The translations under genes and the position numbers were made by a program. Positions 12,891 to 26,689 of a stretch of DNA of 64,000 nt are shown one piece after another (within the stretch, counting starts at the first letter, position 1; the number at the start of each line of letters is the position of its first letter). The notes under the pieces are model-generated. The model was not told the DNA's origin, searched no databases, and saw only the letters and a program-made list of their open reading frames with translations. The stretch is from Octopus vulgaris (lineage: Eukaryota): contig OX597819.1 of assembly GCA_951406725.2 (NCBI GenBank), forward strand, positions 20,274,001-20,338,000, given 5' to 3'.

Positions 12891-13123
12891 TAAGTAATTA
12901 AGAGTTTAGCAACGATTTGTCTCACCACACACCGAATTTAGAAATAGCAGTCAAAGAGTTATGGCTATTCTTTCTACTTAAAAGGAAGATCACAGTAAAA
13001 CCACAGCACTTAAAAGGCAAACAACGCAGGCAAAAGAGAAAGAAATGACGACAATCACTCTATATTAAGTCACCTACGGACGTACGTTTCGAAATTAAGT
13101 CATAGGAAAGCATAAAAATTATG

Positions 13124-13126
<3 letters not shown>
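12890..13126 (-). mobile_element. Probable PLE terminal fragment between (TA)n runs, with a half hammerhead and a terminal hairpin
   Basis: Flanked by TA runs; minus-strand TTC-GAAACGTA at 13083-13093 (3' half of a minimal HHR); perfect hairpin AAGCATAA-aaa-TTATGCTT (13108-13126) at the presumed 5' truncation. Confidence 0.4.
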
Positions 13127-13179
<53 letters not shown>

Positions 13180-13267
13180 CTCACACATACACGCACACAT
13201 ATTGTAGCATTCATATATAATAGTGTGTACATATGTGTGTGCGTGCGCATGTGTGTAGATATGGTAG

Positions 13268-13500
13268 AGTGGGTGGTATCGTTATGTTTTAGGGTGTTGG
13301 ACTCCTGATCATATGTTTGTGGATTCGATTCCTCGATCGGCCGATACGCTCCGTACTTGAGTAATACGTTTACTATCACACTACTGCCGACCTCTCAGCC
13401 AGTCAAAATGAGAAACCATCAAACGAGGAAGCGTCCTATCCAGGATGCGATGCAATATTTGCGTCACAAAGATACAAAAACTGGATTTATGAGCCTACAG
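13268..13500 (+). mobile_element. Diverged tRNA-derived SINE
   Basis: gtttagggtgttggactcctgatc..ggattcgattcctcgatcggccg..cttgagtaatacgttta; similar layout to the element at 17015-17342. Confidence 0.5.
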
Positions 13501-13534
13501 CTCGAGCAGGAAATTTTCAGTAGTATGGAACTAT

Positions 13535-13690
13535 ATTCTTTTCTACTCTAGGCACAAGGCCCGACATTTTAGGGGGAGGTTTCAGTCGATTAGATCGACC
13601 GCAGTACGCAACTGGTACATAAATTATCGACCCCAAAAGGATGAAATGCATAGTCGACCTCGGCGGAATTTGAACTCAGAACGTAAAGAA
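13535..13690 (-). mobile_element. SINE family C fragment
   Basis: actggtac..ttatcgaccccaaaaggatgaaa..gtcgacctcggcggaatttgaactcagaacgtaa. Confidence 0.8.
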
Positions 13691-15225
13691 GAATGAATTA
13701 GATTGTAACATGAATGTATCCAACTAGGTATTTTTGTGCGCATGCGTGCGTGTGCGTATACATATATATGGCAAACTACAAGCTGTTTCTGTTAATCCTA
13801 TATTACACGTGATCGAGAAGGACGTTGAAAGTTATTCCAGCGTGATCTATAGGATTGTGTGCATAAACGTTGGTGTGTTGCTACCTCAGATGTTACCTCT
13901 CTAGAAGTGCATTATCATACGTGTACTTCAATCACGCCTCATTCATCAACTCTCTTTGCAGTGTTAGCCTCGGGCACCAAACCACACGGAAATCCCAAAC
14001 TTTCGTTTGGTATTATACGTTTAAGATCACTCTTCTCCGCTGCTCCAGAGACCAGATACCGCGGGGGACAATCGCCAAGGATCACTGAAGTTGGCAGCAT
14101 GTTAACGTCGAGGGTACACACCTGAGGGATAATAACTAACGTCAAGAGGCAGAGATAAACTGTCGAAGACAAAACGAGCCCCTCGCACTTCTTCGTCCAA
14201 CGCTACCTTTCGATGAATTCCTCCGGCTCTTCTAGACCTCCCTTGGCTTGAACAGCCACTTCAAGCCCCAGGATTCTCCGCACCCACTAAGATGAAGAGG
14301 CTCACTCACAGGTTATAGACTTAATATTCGGGCATGAGTTAATGTCGCCAGCGACGACGAGAATTGAACGATCATATGTGCCCTTCCCTATTGAAGAAGG
14401 CAGTGTTCAATATAAATGTAACTTCGCTACCCTTTGTATTTCACAGAGCATCTACACCATGGCCTGTCTGACTGGTTTTATGGTTGTAGATGTTTAACAA
14501 CAAAAAATATATCCAGCTCTTTGAGTTCATTTTCAATGCGCACGATATGTACAAGGTGTAGAGATCAATGAATAATGCTGACAGTCATATTATATGTATA
14601 GGAATGTATATCAATAATTAGAGATATTCGTTGAGGAGAGAAACTAAGGCGCTTTTCTTTCATAAACGAAATTGTTTTTCTTTTTTTCGTTCTTCAATTT
14701 ACCCACGTTCCATTTTCGGCCCTAATTATATTATGATCATTGTATTCATGAATCATTTACAAGTGAGCTTGACTCTGTAATTTTGATTAGCTTGATTAGA
14801 AGAATAATCGAAGGACTAACTTGATTTGTGACATCGATATTCTTGATGTTCTATTGACAATGTTTTACACATTCTATTATTAATGTAAGTAGAAATAATC
14901 AGATCACTTACTACATACAATTACAGGATAGACTTTCAGAATATAGGTTTATAAAGAGTTCATGTTAGTAGACATATATTATGAATATGCATCTGAAAAT
15001 AAGAAGGTCATTAGACAATTCGGAATTAACTATTGATTGAATGAAATATGATGGTGAGCTAAGAAGGGAATTGTGCTATGTTTTTACTGAAACCGATACA
15101 GCAGATATTTTGAACAAAAAACAGAATGACCGTCACTTTTTGCATACCTTTTGTGCAATGGCGCATTTCTTGAACTTGACGAGCGGTACCATATTTTGTG
15201 GCACTGGTTTCTGTTGGTTAGCGCT

Positions 15226-15489
15226 AGAAATTGTGTGGGTTGTCATTCTTTCCCAATTCATGTTTCAATTTTTCAAAATCGAAAATGTATGTTTTATAGT
15301 GTTCAACCATTGTGTGTTCATACGACAAGTAACTTTTGCTAAACATATTTCTGATATAAATCAGAAATATGTTTAGCAAAAGTTACTTGTCGTATGAACA
15401 CACAATGGTTGAACACTATAAAACATACATTTTCGATTTTGAAAAATTGAAACATGAATTGGGAAAGAATGACAACCCACACAATTTCT
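15226..15489. repeat. Perfect inverted repeat: 130-bp arms, 4-nt spacer
   Basis: 15226-15355 is the exact reverse complement of 15360-15489 (checked base by base); spacer ATAA. Confidence 0.97.
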
Positions 15490-16129
15490 TGATACCGGTG
15501 AGTAGAGGGATTTCAGAATGTTATCGGATAATATTGGTCTCACCTCCTTCCTAATTTTTTTTTCGGTTACTCAGAGAAGACACAAACAGACACCATGATG
15601 CATTTCAAAAGCCTCTAAATACCGGAAGAAAGAAGGTTTGGTTAAGATGTTTATAACACTTAATCGCTCTTTAATTCCCCTTTCTGAACTAGAGTTGGTA
15701 AATCTCTATCATAGCAATCCAAGTAGGGAACATGCTTTGGATTAAATCTCCAACACAATAAACAATAATGCGACCAAAAGAGCAACCTTGATGTGCGTAA
15801 TTTCATCGCTAGGATCACCTCAATTTGATACTCAATACAAGGTGATTGCTCTTCGTAGCACCGGATGAGATCAAATCCGAACCAGTTTAGCTTCAAATCA
15901 GGATTCTTAACAACTCTAAATACCTAATTATGCTTGGTGACCACGTACGTTTTGAATGTAGGTACCTAAAAATCGATGCATAAAGCGTTCGATCTGAATA
16001 TACCACCGTCTCTTATTAATTAAACTTCTGTTATAATCTATGTCATTGAACTACGGCCATACTGGAACATAGCTTACCACGATTTAGTGAAATTAAATAA
16101 ACCACGTAACTAAGTATGGTAATAATTTA

Positions 16130-16290
16130 TGTGTTCGTCTGTCTTTATGTTCTGAGCTCAAATTTTGAATGAGTTCGACTTTCCCTTTCATAATTTCGGG
16201 GTCAGTAAATTAAATACCAGTTGCATACTTTGGTCGATCGACTGCCCCCTCGCCCCAAATTTCAAGCATTTACCTACAGTAGAAAAGAAT
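16130..16290 (+). mobile_element. SINE family C, diverged
   Basis: ttcgtctgtctttatgttctgagctcaaatt..cctttcataatttcggggtc..taaataccagtt. Confidence 0.65.
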
Positions 16291-16409
16291 ACTTTCTATG
16301 TGTTCCTGAGGATCTAGATGCTCAGTATATATATTTGCACGCGAGTCGTCAATTCGGACATAAATTTCACAAGACATTCATGTTTAACTGTACACGCCCA
16401 ACTTGAAGC

Positions 16410-16411
<2 letters not shown>

Positions 16412-16499
<88 letters not shown>
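16412..16499. repeat. (CA)n microsatellite
   Basis: Direct reading. Confidence 0.99.
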
Positions 16500-16503
<4 letters not shown>

Positions 16504-17014
16504 GCACACATACGCACACGCACATACAACACTGAGATACATTTTCATGTTCAACATTTTACTGACAATAGTAATTCCAAATTTCCTCATTGTGAGATCA
16601 AATCCTAAATACGGCAAACTTTTTAACCACTCAGTTAATCGTACATTAACATATTTCTATGGACTCAGACAAAGTTTCAAAATGGCATCACATGATATTA
16701 ACAAGTAGTGTATTTCAACAAAACTTTCTTGTACATCTTAAGATATGCAGATACAGATCCGTGACTCTGAGCACTTTGTATATAATATATGACTGAAGCA
16801 TTCATTTATGATAAAATAAAATACAATGCGTCAATCCGACACTTGAGAACAAGGAAGTAATGCAGTATCACTGGAGCAGTTAGGAATACCCTGCTCACTC
16901 TTTTATATCACTTACATAGAATCCTAAGACAAGACGGAAGGAAGGTTGGACAGTTTTGTCCTCAATGTTCTACAGAATGTGTTTATTTGAGGGCTATCGA
17001 AATAGGGATAAAGG

Positions 17015-17342
17015 GTAAATACCCCCTTCGGTCATGAATGACCATGGGATTGCACCTAGAAAGTTACACTCCTAGACACAAGTCCGGGCAAGGTTGTTTA
17101 TGGAAGACCAGCAGTCGCCCATGCATACCAGCCTCCCCTCTCCACGCCACCAGTGTTATCCAAGGGAAAGACAAAGTCCGATACAGCTTGGCACCTGTGA
17201 CGTCGGAACTCATTTCTACAGCTGAGTGAACTGGAGCAACGTGAAATAAAGTGCCTTGCTCAAGAACACAACACGTAGCCCGGTCCGGGATTCGAGCTCA
17301 CAACCTCACGATCGTAAGCTCGACGCTCTAACCACTGAGCCA
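17015..17342 (-). mobile_element. tRNA-derived SINE family D (CORE-like centre)
   Basis: Minus strand ggctcagtggttagagcgtcgagcttacgatcgtgaggttgtgagctcgaatcccggaccggg (A box, ACG anticodon-like loop, B box), then cttgagcaaggcactt and a distinct 3' tail. Confidence 0.85.
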
Positions 17343-17777
17343 AAACATGAATAAAAACAGCAATTTTCAAGTGTGGAAAACAGGGAATGCTAAGATAGCA
17401 ATCACAACTCATTCAGCCATCTCCGTAGCACCTTAAGAAAGGAAGAGAGAAAGTGGAAATATCGTCGGGATATGGTCACGGCTGGAAAATCGTTGTCCGT
17501 AAACAGTCAAGCAAATAAACACCTCCTTTTCAGAAGCAAGCTGCAGCTAGAGATAACGGCATTTTTTTTTCTCCTTTGGATTTACAAGTCAAAAAAAGAA
17601 AATAAATAAAATACAATGAAAACGATAAATAAATAGTAAAACGGCTTCTTGTTCTAAGAAATCGAAAGTGAATATCTGAGCACGAGGTCTCAATATAATT
17701 TATTCTGAAAGCGAAATTTGAATCTAATGCATGAAACGCTTTTGATCATATTTCTGTTCAAGCTTGACATGTATGAA

Positions 17778-17865
<88 letters not shown>

Positions 17866-17946
17866 TGTATGTATGTATGTATGTATGTATGTATATATAC
17901 ATACATATATAAGTGTGTGTGTATCTATATCTAATTGTATATATGC

Positions 17947-17982
<36 letters not shown>

Positions 17983-19983
17983 TACATAATATGGTATGTA
18001 GGGGTCACATGAAGATATGAATTTAATATAACAATATTGGTAATTATTTAGTGCTGCACCTAAATTCTTCAACGAGGCTAAGGCCTCCCTTTCTTTCTCA
18101 ATGATAAAATGGATTTTGTGTGTACCCTGCCCACTAATCCCGTAATACAAAGCCTACAAAATAAAATAACATTTATAAAACGTAGTAAACCTGTATATAA
18201 ATATGGAAATATTATAAAAGGAATATATTATAAGTATTTTTTCTCCAGCATGAATTTAATATTTAATATCGTAGTATTTAATATCTCAGTATTGCGTATC
18301 TCACCGTGAAAACCTGTTGATATGGTTGATATGGAAATTTACATATCTGTTGTTAAACATAAAATACTGGTTCATTAAAAGTTGCTCCGAGTCAAGATCT
18401 TGGTTCACAATTTATTTCAATTCACAATGTGAACAAAGGAAGATTGTCGACGCATTAAATCCCTCTGCTATTTTCTGGTATCATCTATACATTCTAGCTT
18501 ATATCGATAGCTAAACATATAATATGCTCTATTTAACTTTTCCTAGTTTTATAGATATCCGCTATCTGAATGATTAACGGCGAAATCATAAATAAAGCGT
18601 TAAGTTCTATTTTATAGAAAGAAGAGGAGGTCAGTTGAGAATTTTAAGAATTTATGATTAAAATCGAGTTTTGCAGACATAAGCGTAAATAGCTGGCATT
18701 TTCTTATTGTCTTATTTCATTTTTTTCATACATTGACTTATTCTTTTGTTTATATTTTTGTTCATGCTGGCTACATAACATTGAATTGTGAGCTCCTATA
18801 GTTTACTTCTCATTACAATGCATAACTCCTAACTACCTACAGAGTTTTGAAAATTCGAGCATCGAAATATAATAAATATATTATTTATTCTTCTACACGT
18901 GAAAGTCTTAAGAAATCATTTTTAAAAGACCTATATTTTCAGCTTTTCATAACGGACTATAATACATACTATCATTAATAGCTGGAAAAGAAAAGAAAGT
19001 GCCAATGGGCAGAAAAGAAAAAAGAAAAAAGGAATAGAAAAAAAGACTAAAAGAAAAGAAAAGAACAATAATAATCTCCACTATAATAATTTCTTTGTAT
19101 TCGGTTGGTCGTTGTGGTCATATTGAAATGGTGATTGTACTTACAGATTCTAAACCACAGATTCCACGAAAGACAAATAATCGATATTTAATCAGAATTT
19201 CATTTCAATAACAAAATAATATAAATTCGAAATTAAACTAGCAAGATCAAAACTCGTTGTGTGACTCATGATTCTGAGAATATTTTCGTTAAAAATATTT
19301 GGGGCAATTGACTTTTACATCGATTTTCTATAGACCCTCTTCAGCTTTAATGACTATCTCGCATCTTTTATTTCGGTTTTCATGTCTCACTATCTTCGCT
19401 GGTTTCAAATGCGGTGGGGGGACAAGTTCAGTTCAGATATTGTGGAGGAGGGAAAGGAGGAGAAGTTTTTAAAATGTGACGAGTGTTTATAGAATGATAA
19501 TATATATTTCATTATTTCTCAGCCTAAATTTGCAAATTATTGTAATTTATGTATGTATACGTGTATACATAGAAACATATATCCATATATGTAAACATAC
19601 ATTATGCATGACCACACACACACACACATACATACGTGTATATATATATATATATATATACGAACACAGAGACTGACACATGAACACACACGGACACACG
19701 CATTTATATACATCATAGAACTGGAGTGAGAGAAGGAGGCAAGAGAAGGGCGACATGAAAGGTGTAAAATTGAGACAAAAGTTGTATATCTGTTTAAGTC
19801 TCAGTATGTATGTATGTATGTATGTTTGTCTGTGTGTGTGAGAGAGTACATTGAAATATATACTTGTGTGCAGATATGCGTATACGTACACATACATATT
19901 TAAGCAAATATTCATCCACGCATCTACGTATGTTTTCTACGCCTCAGTATTTGCATGTATACACACACACACACACACACACA

Positions 19984-20260
19984 TAGGTGCAGGTATGGTT
20001 GTGCGGTACGAAGCTTGCTTCTTAACAACATGACTGTGGGTTCAGTTCCAGTGTGTGGCACCCTGGGCAAATGTTCTATTGCACCCACGGGCGAACCAAC
20101 ATCTTGTTAATGGATTTGGTAAGCGGAATCTGAATGAAGACCATTTTATATTTAAAGACGCACACACACACACACACGTGTGTGTGTGTAAATGTATGGA
20201 TCTATATTCATTCCAATGATTACTCGACAACCGGTGTTAGTGTGTTTACATCCCCGGAAC
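19984..20260 (+). mobile_element. SINE family A, diverged
   Basis: taggtgcaggtatggttgtgcggta..gggttcagttccagtgtgtggcaccctgggcaa..ggatttggtaagcggaa. Confidence 0.75.
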
Positions 20261-20506
20261 TATACACTTCTCAAACTAGGAAATATTTGATTACAGATTT
20301 CTTCATTTAGGGCTCACAAAGTAATAGAATCACAGACAAGAACAGCACCAAGAAAATGTCTCAATTTCATAAGATGCCAGATCTTATTTAGGAAGAACTA
20401 AATAATGGGTCCATATTTTAGAACTTTGTTCTACGCGCAGTTCCTTTTCGATTTAGGTTTAAGTTTTGAAGCAGACGTAATTTCAAAAACATTACTTTAT
20501 CTCATA

Positions 20507-20879
20507 CTTGCAGTATCGCCCGGCGTTGCTTGGGATTGTTTCGACCCTTTACAATTGGAATTTTTGAAAAGTAAATATTTGACATTATGTAGCTTGTTAT
20601 TCTCTTTAAGTGAACATTTTTCTGATTGAAATACACCGAAAAAGGGCGACACAGCAGTAAAAAAAAAACGTAAAAAATAGGGATTTTCATAGAAAAGAAG
20701 CATCTTTTTGATGTTGACATGGTCCGATTTGAATTTTTTCTTCTATGGAAGGAAGAGCAAGCCTTCTATCATACTCTCAATTTTGTTCAACTTGCGCCGC
20801 AGGGTCTCGGAGGCAATAGCGTTATTTGAAGGCTACCAAACCTACAATACACAGACAACTTCAGCTTTATACATATAGA
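20507..20879 (-). mobile_element. Non-autonomous Helitron-like element
   Basis: Minus strand starts A|TCTATATGTATAAAGCTGAAGTTGTCTGTGT and ends ..GCAACGCCGGGCGATACTGCAAG|T (CTAG decayed to CAAG); same GCAACGCCGGG subterminal motif as at 11562. Confidence 0.7.
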
Positions 20880-21556
20880 TATATTTTACGCTGAGTTAGA
20901 GGAGATATGATTGGTGACTTTGTCTTCTCTCGACTCGGCTTATTTAGAATAATAACGTTGACAATGATACGTTCAGTTTGTATCGTTAATTAAGTCCTGC
21001 CATTTGTCAGTAACTCAATGATTCACAGGTAGAAGCTGCACCTAGTGTCTTCTTCTGCTATGTGCAGATCACGATTTCTTTTCAATTCCTTCGCCTTCAC
21101 CTGTCCAGCACTATCATATTTCCCTTTATTTGCCCAGGTATGTGGTCCTACACCTGCTTTCTACACACACTGTCATAACAATTGAACTCGTCTGGTTTAT
21201 TTCAAATTCTTTACCATATCCGCGTATAACCCTAGCATAACCCTGTGGTCTCTTTTGTTCATGATGACGTGGTTGTCCATGTATTACCCAACTGATTATA
21301 CAGTAGAGCTGGTTATTCCTCGACACTACTTGGTCGTATCCTGTTGCACACACAATCACCCCGGTGTCTATCAACATAAATACTATTTGGAACAACATGA
21401 ACATGCTACCATATACCCTATCCCGATCGCACGAGAAGGACATCACGTCAGCCAGTGAACCAATAAAACACCATTTTCAAGGATATACATAATTTAACAT
21501 TTCATATTTACGTTTTTGTATTCCGAATTTGTGATCACATTCTTTTAATGCTTGGA

Positions 21557-21557
21557 A

Positions 21558-21641
<84 letters not shown>

Positions 21642-21650
21642 CATCTATTC

Positions 21651-21716
<66 letters not shown>

Positions 21717-21838
21717 ATATCTATATATCTATCTATCTATCTATCTATCTACCTATCTCTCTATCTATCTATATATCTATCTATATATCTATCTCTATCT
21801 ATCTATCTATTTACCTACCTATCTATCTATCCATCTAT
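21557..21838. repeat. (TCTA)n microsatellite
   Basis: Direct reading. Confidence 0.98.
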
Positions 21839-22118
21839 TTCTGTTTTTATCCTTTATCTCTTACTTGTTTTAGGCATTAAAGTGGTTTCTCTCTGTTCCC
21901 ATGGATTATCGTTTCTGCAGATATTCTCTGCAATAAAACCGCATTCTGAATATTGCAATTGGCACCAAGATTTGTTCATTACCAAGGCTAACCATGGTTT
22001 AGATAACCAAATATTTATTTTTATAAATCTTAATAAATTCCAAATCGAGAAAGAAATGTCCAAGTGCTTTGAAGACGTGTAAGAGCCATTCATCATAGGT
22101 TGAAAAGAAAAAAAATAC

Positions 22119-22310
22119 CTTCGACTCTCAACTCTTCAACTCTCAACTATTCGACTCTCAACTCTTCGACTCTCAACTCTTCGACTCTCAGCTCTTCGAC
22201 TCTCAACTCTTCGACTCTCAGCTCTTCAACTCTCAACTCTTCGACTCTCAGCTCTTCGACTCTCAACTCTTCGACTCTCAGCTCTTCGACTCTCAACTCT
22301 TCGATTCTCG
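22119..22310. repeat. 15-bp minisatellite (CTCTTCGACTCTCAR), about 13 units
   Basis: Direct reading; gives the STLNS/STLSS repeat in ORF 22100..22456. Confidence 0.95.
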
Positions 22311-23073
22311 ATCACCTCTTGACAACCGGTTACTGGCCTATTTATAATGGCTTCTCCTATCACATTTTACCAGAAGTGTACAGTTTCACTATACAACAGA
22401 AGTTTAATCAATTTTTCAATGGTAACTCAACGTTGTATGCATGGCTACCACATTGAATGTCCTCCTGTAGGAATTGTTTCAAATCAAAACTATATTTTGA
22501 GGCAGTCGTGGTAAATTTCTCGTATATTTTCTGTATATAGTCACACTCGTGTCATTATTACGAGATTTCGAGCGTGGGAGAGCCGCGTGTGCATATGTGA
22601 AACAAATCTATGGAGTCGAACGTCAATGCTGCTCGTTAGCATTCTAAAATAATGTAATAGGATTTTGATAAGATAATGTGTTTGAAGCGTGACACATAGA
22701 GACATACTGTATCTAACTGATTATTGTTGGACCTATGTAAATCTAAACTGCTTGATCATTGGTTTGCTTCAGATGGATACGAACTAGGAAATGCTCAAGA
22801 TCTGATTGATCAAACCACCATACAAATTGACATAGAGTTAACTATAAATTCGAAGCCATCTCCAGGTAGTTATAACCAATTGACTAAAGTGCTCTGTCCC
22901 AGTTTAGTCTTACTAAAATTAGATTACTTAGTCTTTCACATCTTTCGTGTGACACAGTTTGTACTATGTGTATGGTTTCAGGTTGTCAATAAAGAAATTT
23001 TTCTGCAACAAACTTCTTCGTTTTTTCCTTCTTTTTCATCATGAGAGCCAGTGCCTGATAATGTTATTGTCGA

Positions 23074-23175
<102 letters not shown>

Positions 23176-23871
23176 CGAGCGAACAAACGTGTCAACTGTA
23201 ACATTCAGTGATAAAATAGCAAATACATCAACATTAACATGTCCGAAAGATCAAAAATCAATAGACATTTTAGGATTTCGTCTTGTATTTGCCACAATGG
23301 CCTTCGGGGACTTAAACACAAACAAATTCTTTATTTTGAGAAACAATAATATTTGAATGCTGTGCAACAGAGTCGATGTTTTGCCAAATTTATATTCCAG
23401 TCCGTCGTTGTACAACTACACACAAAACAATGTTTTCAACGAGGCTTCTATCAGTTTTTACTCGTGTTATTTTACTTGTTTTCCTTTCCGCCGGAATCCG
23501 ACGTCCATTGACATCGCTTTTATCTCCAATTTATTTATGCCATTGATCTATATTTTATACTCACTTTCTATAGTTGTTATATATATTTTTATTTGTTATT
23601 GTATCGACAGGCTCACCCACACCCATATGCAGGTATACAACACCTTAGGCTTACATGGACTTACAAAGATGTATGTACGTGTGTGTTTGTGTGTGTGTGT
23701 GTGCGTGTTTGAATGTATGTATAGATATATGCAGATTTATGTATATATGTAAATGTATATATGATGAAATGAATATCTCTATATCTATCAATGTACTAAG
23801 ATCTACAGACGCATATATATGGATGTATGTATGCGTGTATACATATATATTTATATATATATATATACACA

Positions 23872-23961
<90 letters not shown>

Positions 23962-24128
23962 ATATATATATATATATATACATACATATATATACATATA
24001 TATATATAAATATATTTACGTACGTATATATAAATATATACAAGCACATATATATATATATGTATGTATATATATGGTAATGAATACGTATAGTTAGAAT
24101 ATGTATGAGTGTATACACCCACACACAG

Positions 24129-24161
<33 letters not shown>

Positions 24162-24779
24162 CATAGAAATATATGCATTCATGAACTTCCCAGTATACAT
24201 TTGTGGATATGTGTGTATGTAGGTGGACATGTAACGGAATGTATGTGCCTTAGTGCGTTTGTGTGATTCAGTTAGTATACGTTGGTGTGTTATTATTCTC
24301 TTCCACTACTCGGCTAATATAATTTATCCAGCCCAATTAATTTGAAGTCTTCATGTCCTGAAAGCTCATACATTATTTCAATCTTCTCGACTGCTGAAAC
24401 TCGTTGCTATATAACATTCCACTTCTACTTCCCAATTTAATTATATAGTTTCTGACAGCTAACCGTTCCTCTTTGGATAGATCTCTATAATTAAACAGAG
24501 ACAGTACTGCTGTAGAGGAAAGCAATGTAGTCACGGCATCATACAGAAAATACTGGCAAGAATTTACGAGGAGTTTTACACTTAAGAAAAAAGAAAATAC
24601 ATAGAGTCTATATCAGAAATTCTATAAAGAGATATGTTTTGCTTTTATTTTAGTTTACTATCTGTATTCAAATTTTTATTTGCTTTACTTTGCTAGTCTG
24701 GCTCACGATTGCACATCACATGTTCGTGATCGAATGAGAGAATACCCAGACACACAAACATACACTCTCATACATACAC

Positions 24780-24814
<35 letters not shown>

Positions 24815-26012
24815 CGCATTATTTATTTTATTTATTAACGGCACTACTAACAGACCTTGCATCTGTCACTTTCGTTTGTTCCAACAAACACAAAAACAGC
24901 CGAATCCAGGGCAACAATATATTACTTATTATTACCGCCATCTCTCTTGACGCTTACACCCAGCTAGCTTTCACGTATAACGTATTGCAAACGGTATTTG
25001 TAAGTGGGTCAAGCACTTTAATAAAAAAAAAATCTTAAGCAATCGTTAATTCTCTTTATTTTTTTGTATCGGTTGGGATATCATAAAACAATGCAAATCG
25101 TCCGGTCACCTTTCTAAACAAACTGAATTACTCGGGATTTCAGTTTTCTATTGACCTCAAATTTAACGGCAAAATTTACCGTCTAAGCATATAAGTTTCA
25201 TTTCTTATGAATTTTACTATTCCAGCTAGCGTATAATAAATACGGATGAAAACATAATTGTACACATGTGCTGTGGCACATTTAGTGAGCCATACATCGT
25301 GTAACCGAGTATGCCTCACCATTATTGGGCGCGCGTGAGACAGATGGTCAGGAAATATTTCAAAATGGACAATAATGCTTACGACGATGAACTGAGTGGT
25401 TACAGCACCCAACGCAAAGACTTTTCTCCCGATTCTCAGTGCTGAGGTCAAATTTGATTTTAACCATATCATGATAATATTAATCTTCATCATCATCGTC
25501 ATCTTTATCAACTTCTGGCTTGACTGTTGCGAGTCCCTTACTGCCTTTCTTGAACAATAAAACTGTACTATTTCAGGGCTATTTGTGGAAGTGTGAGAAC
25601 ATCAGAGAGAGAGAGAGCTTTGCGGGAATTGTGCCAATTGAGTAGGTTCTCAATCCAATGGCCTACATGTGTGGCGGACATGTTACATCCCTCCATTTTA
25701 CCCCAACATTCGGGGCAGATTTCCATTTGCATCACATCTTATCAACTTCTTCCTATCAGTCTCGGACGATGTGTAACAGTTTACGGAAAAGACTTTCTCC
25801 TCACAGGAATGTAAATGAAACCCTAAAATAACTTTCGTTTCTCTCCCTGTATACCTGCGGCAAATAACGAATTATATGTACGTATGATATGATGCCCTAG
25901 GCATCTTGTCTTGTGGGCTAACCCTTTTGGTAGCTCGCCGCTTTACTACAATGATAATGATTCTGATGATGGTGATAATGAGAATAAAGATGATCATCAT
26001 CATAATAATTAC

Positions 26013-26067
<55 letters not shown>

Positions 26068-26097
26068 GTAATAGTAATAATTATAATAATAACACAC

Positions 26098-26376
<279 letters not shown>

Positions 26377-26689
26377 GTAATAATAATAACAATTTACCCT
26401 TGTTTGATAAGCATCGCTATCTTTGGCAGGCTTATCCTGTGCAGAATGTCATCCAGCTCCAAGACCCTTAAATATCTATACCCACTACCTTTGGGTTCAC
26501 CCATGATCCTCCTGATGGTAACCGTAATCCTCTGCGGGCTCCTTTCTCCCCTCTTTTCACATTAAGTAGTGAGGATTTGGTAATCCCAAAATCCGTACCG
26601 ATGTCCCTACCGTACTTCTGGACTGTTTCGGCTAAGGAAACTATCTCTTTTCCAGATTTCGCAAACAATTAGCACAAATCCCGCAAAGC

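Noticed and set aside
13860-14450. Possible Gypsy gag-like remnant (NPKLSF..LF)
   Set aside because: Only a vague resemblance; no LTRs, PBS or pol motifs; needs a translated HMM search.
17260-17342. tRNA gene candidates (also 38945, 44340, 50690)
   Set aside because: These are tRNA-derived SINE heads continuing into repeat bodies, with no intact cloverleaf or terminator.
22119-22310. CRISPR-like array
   Set aside because: Head-to-tail repeats with no unique spacers, eukaryotic context, no cas genes.
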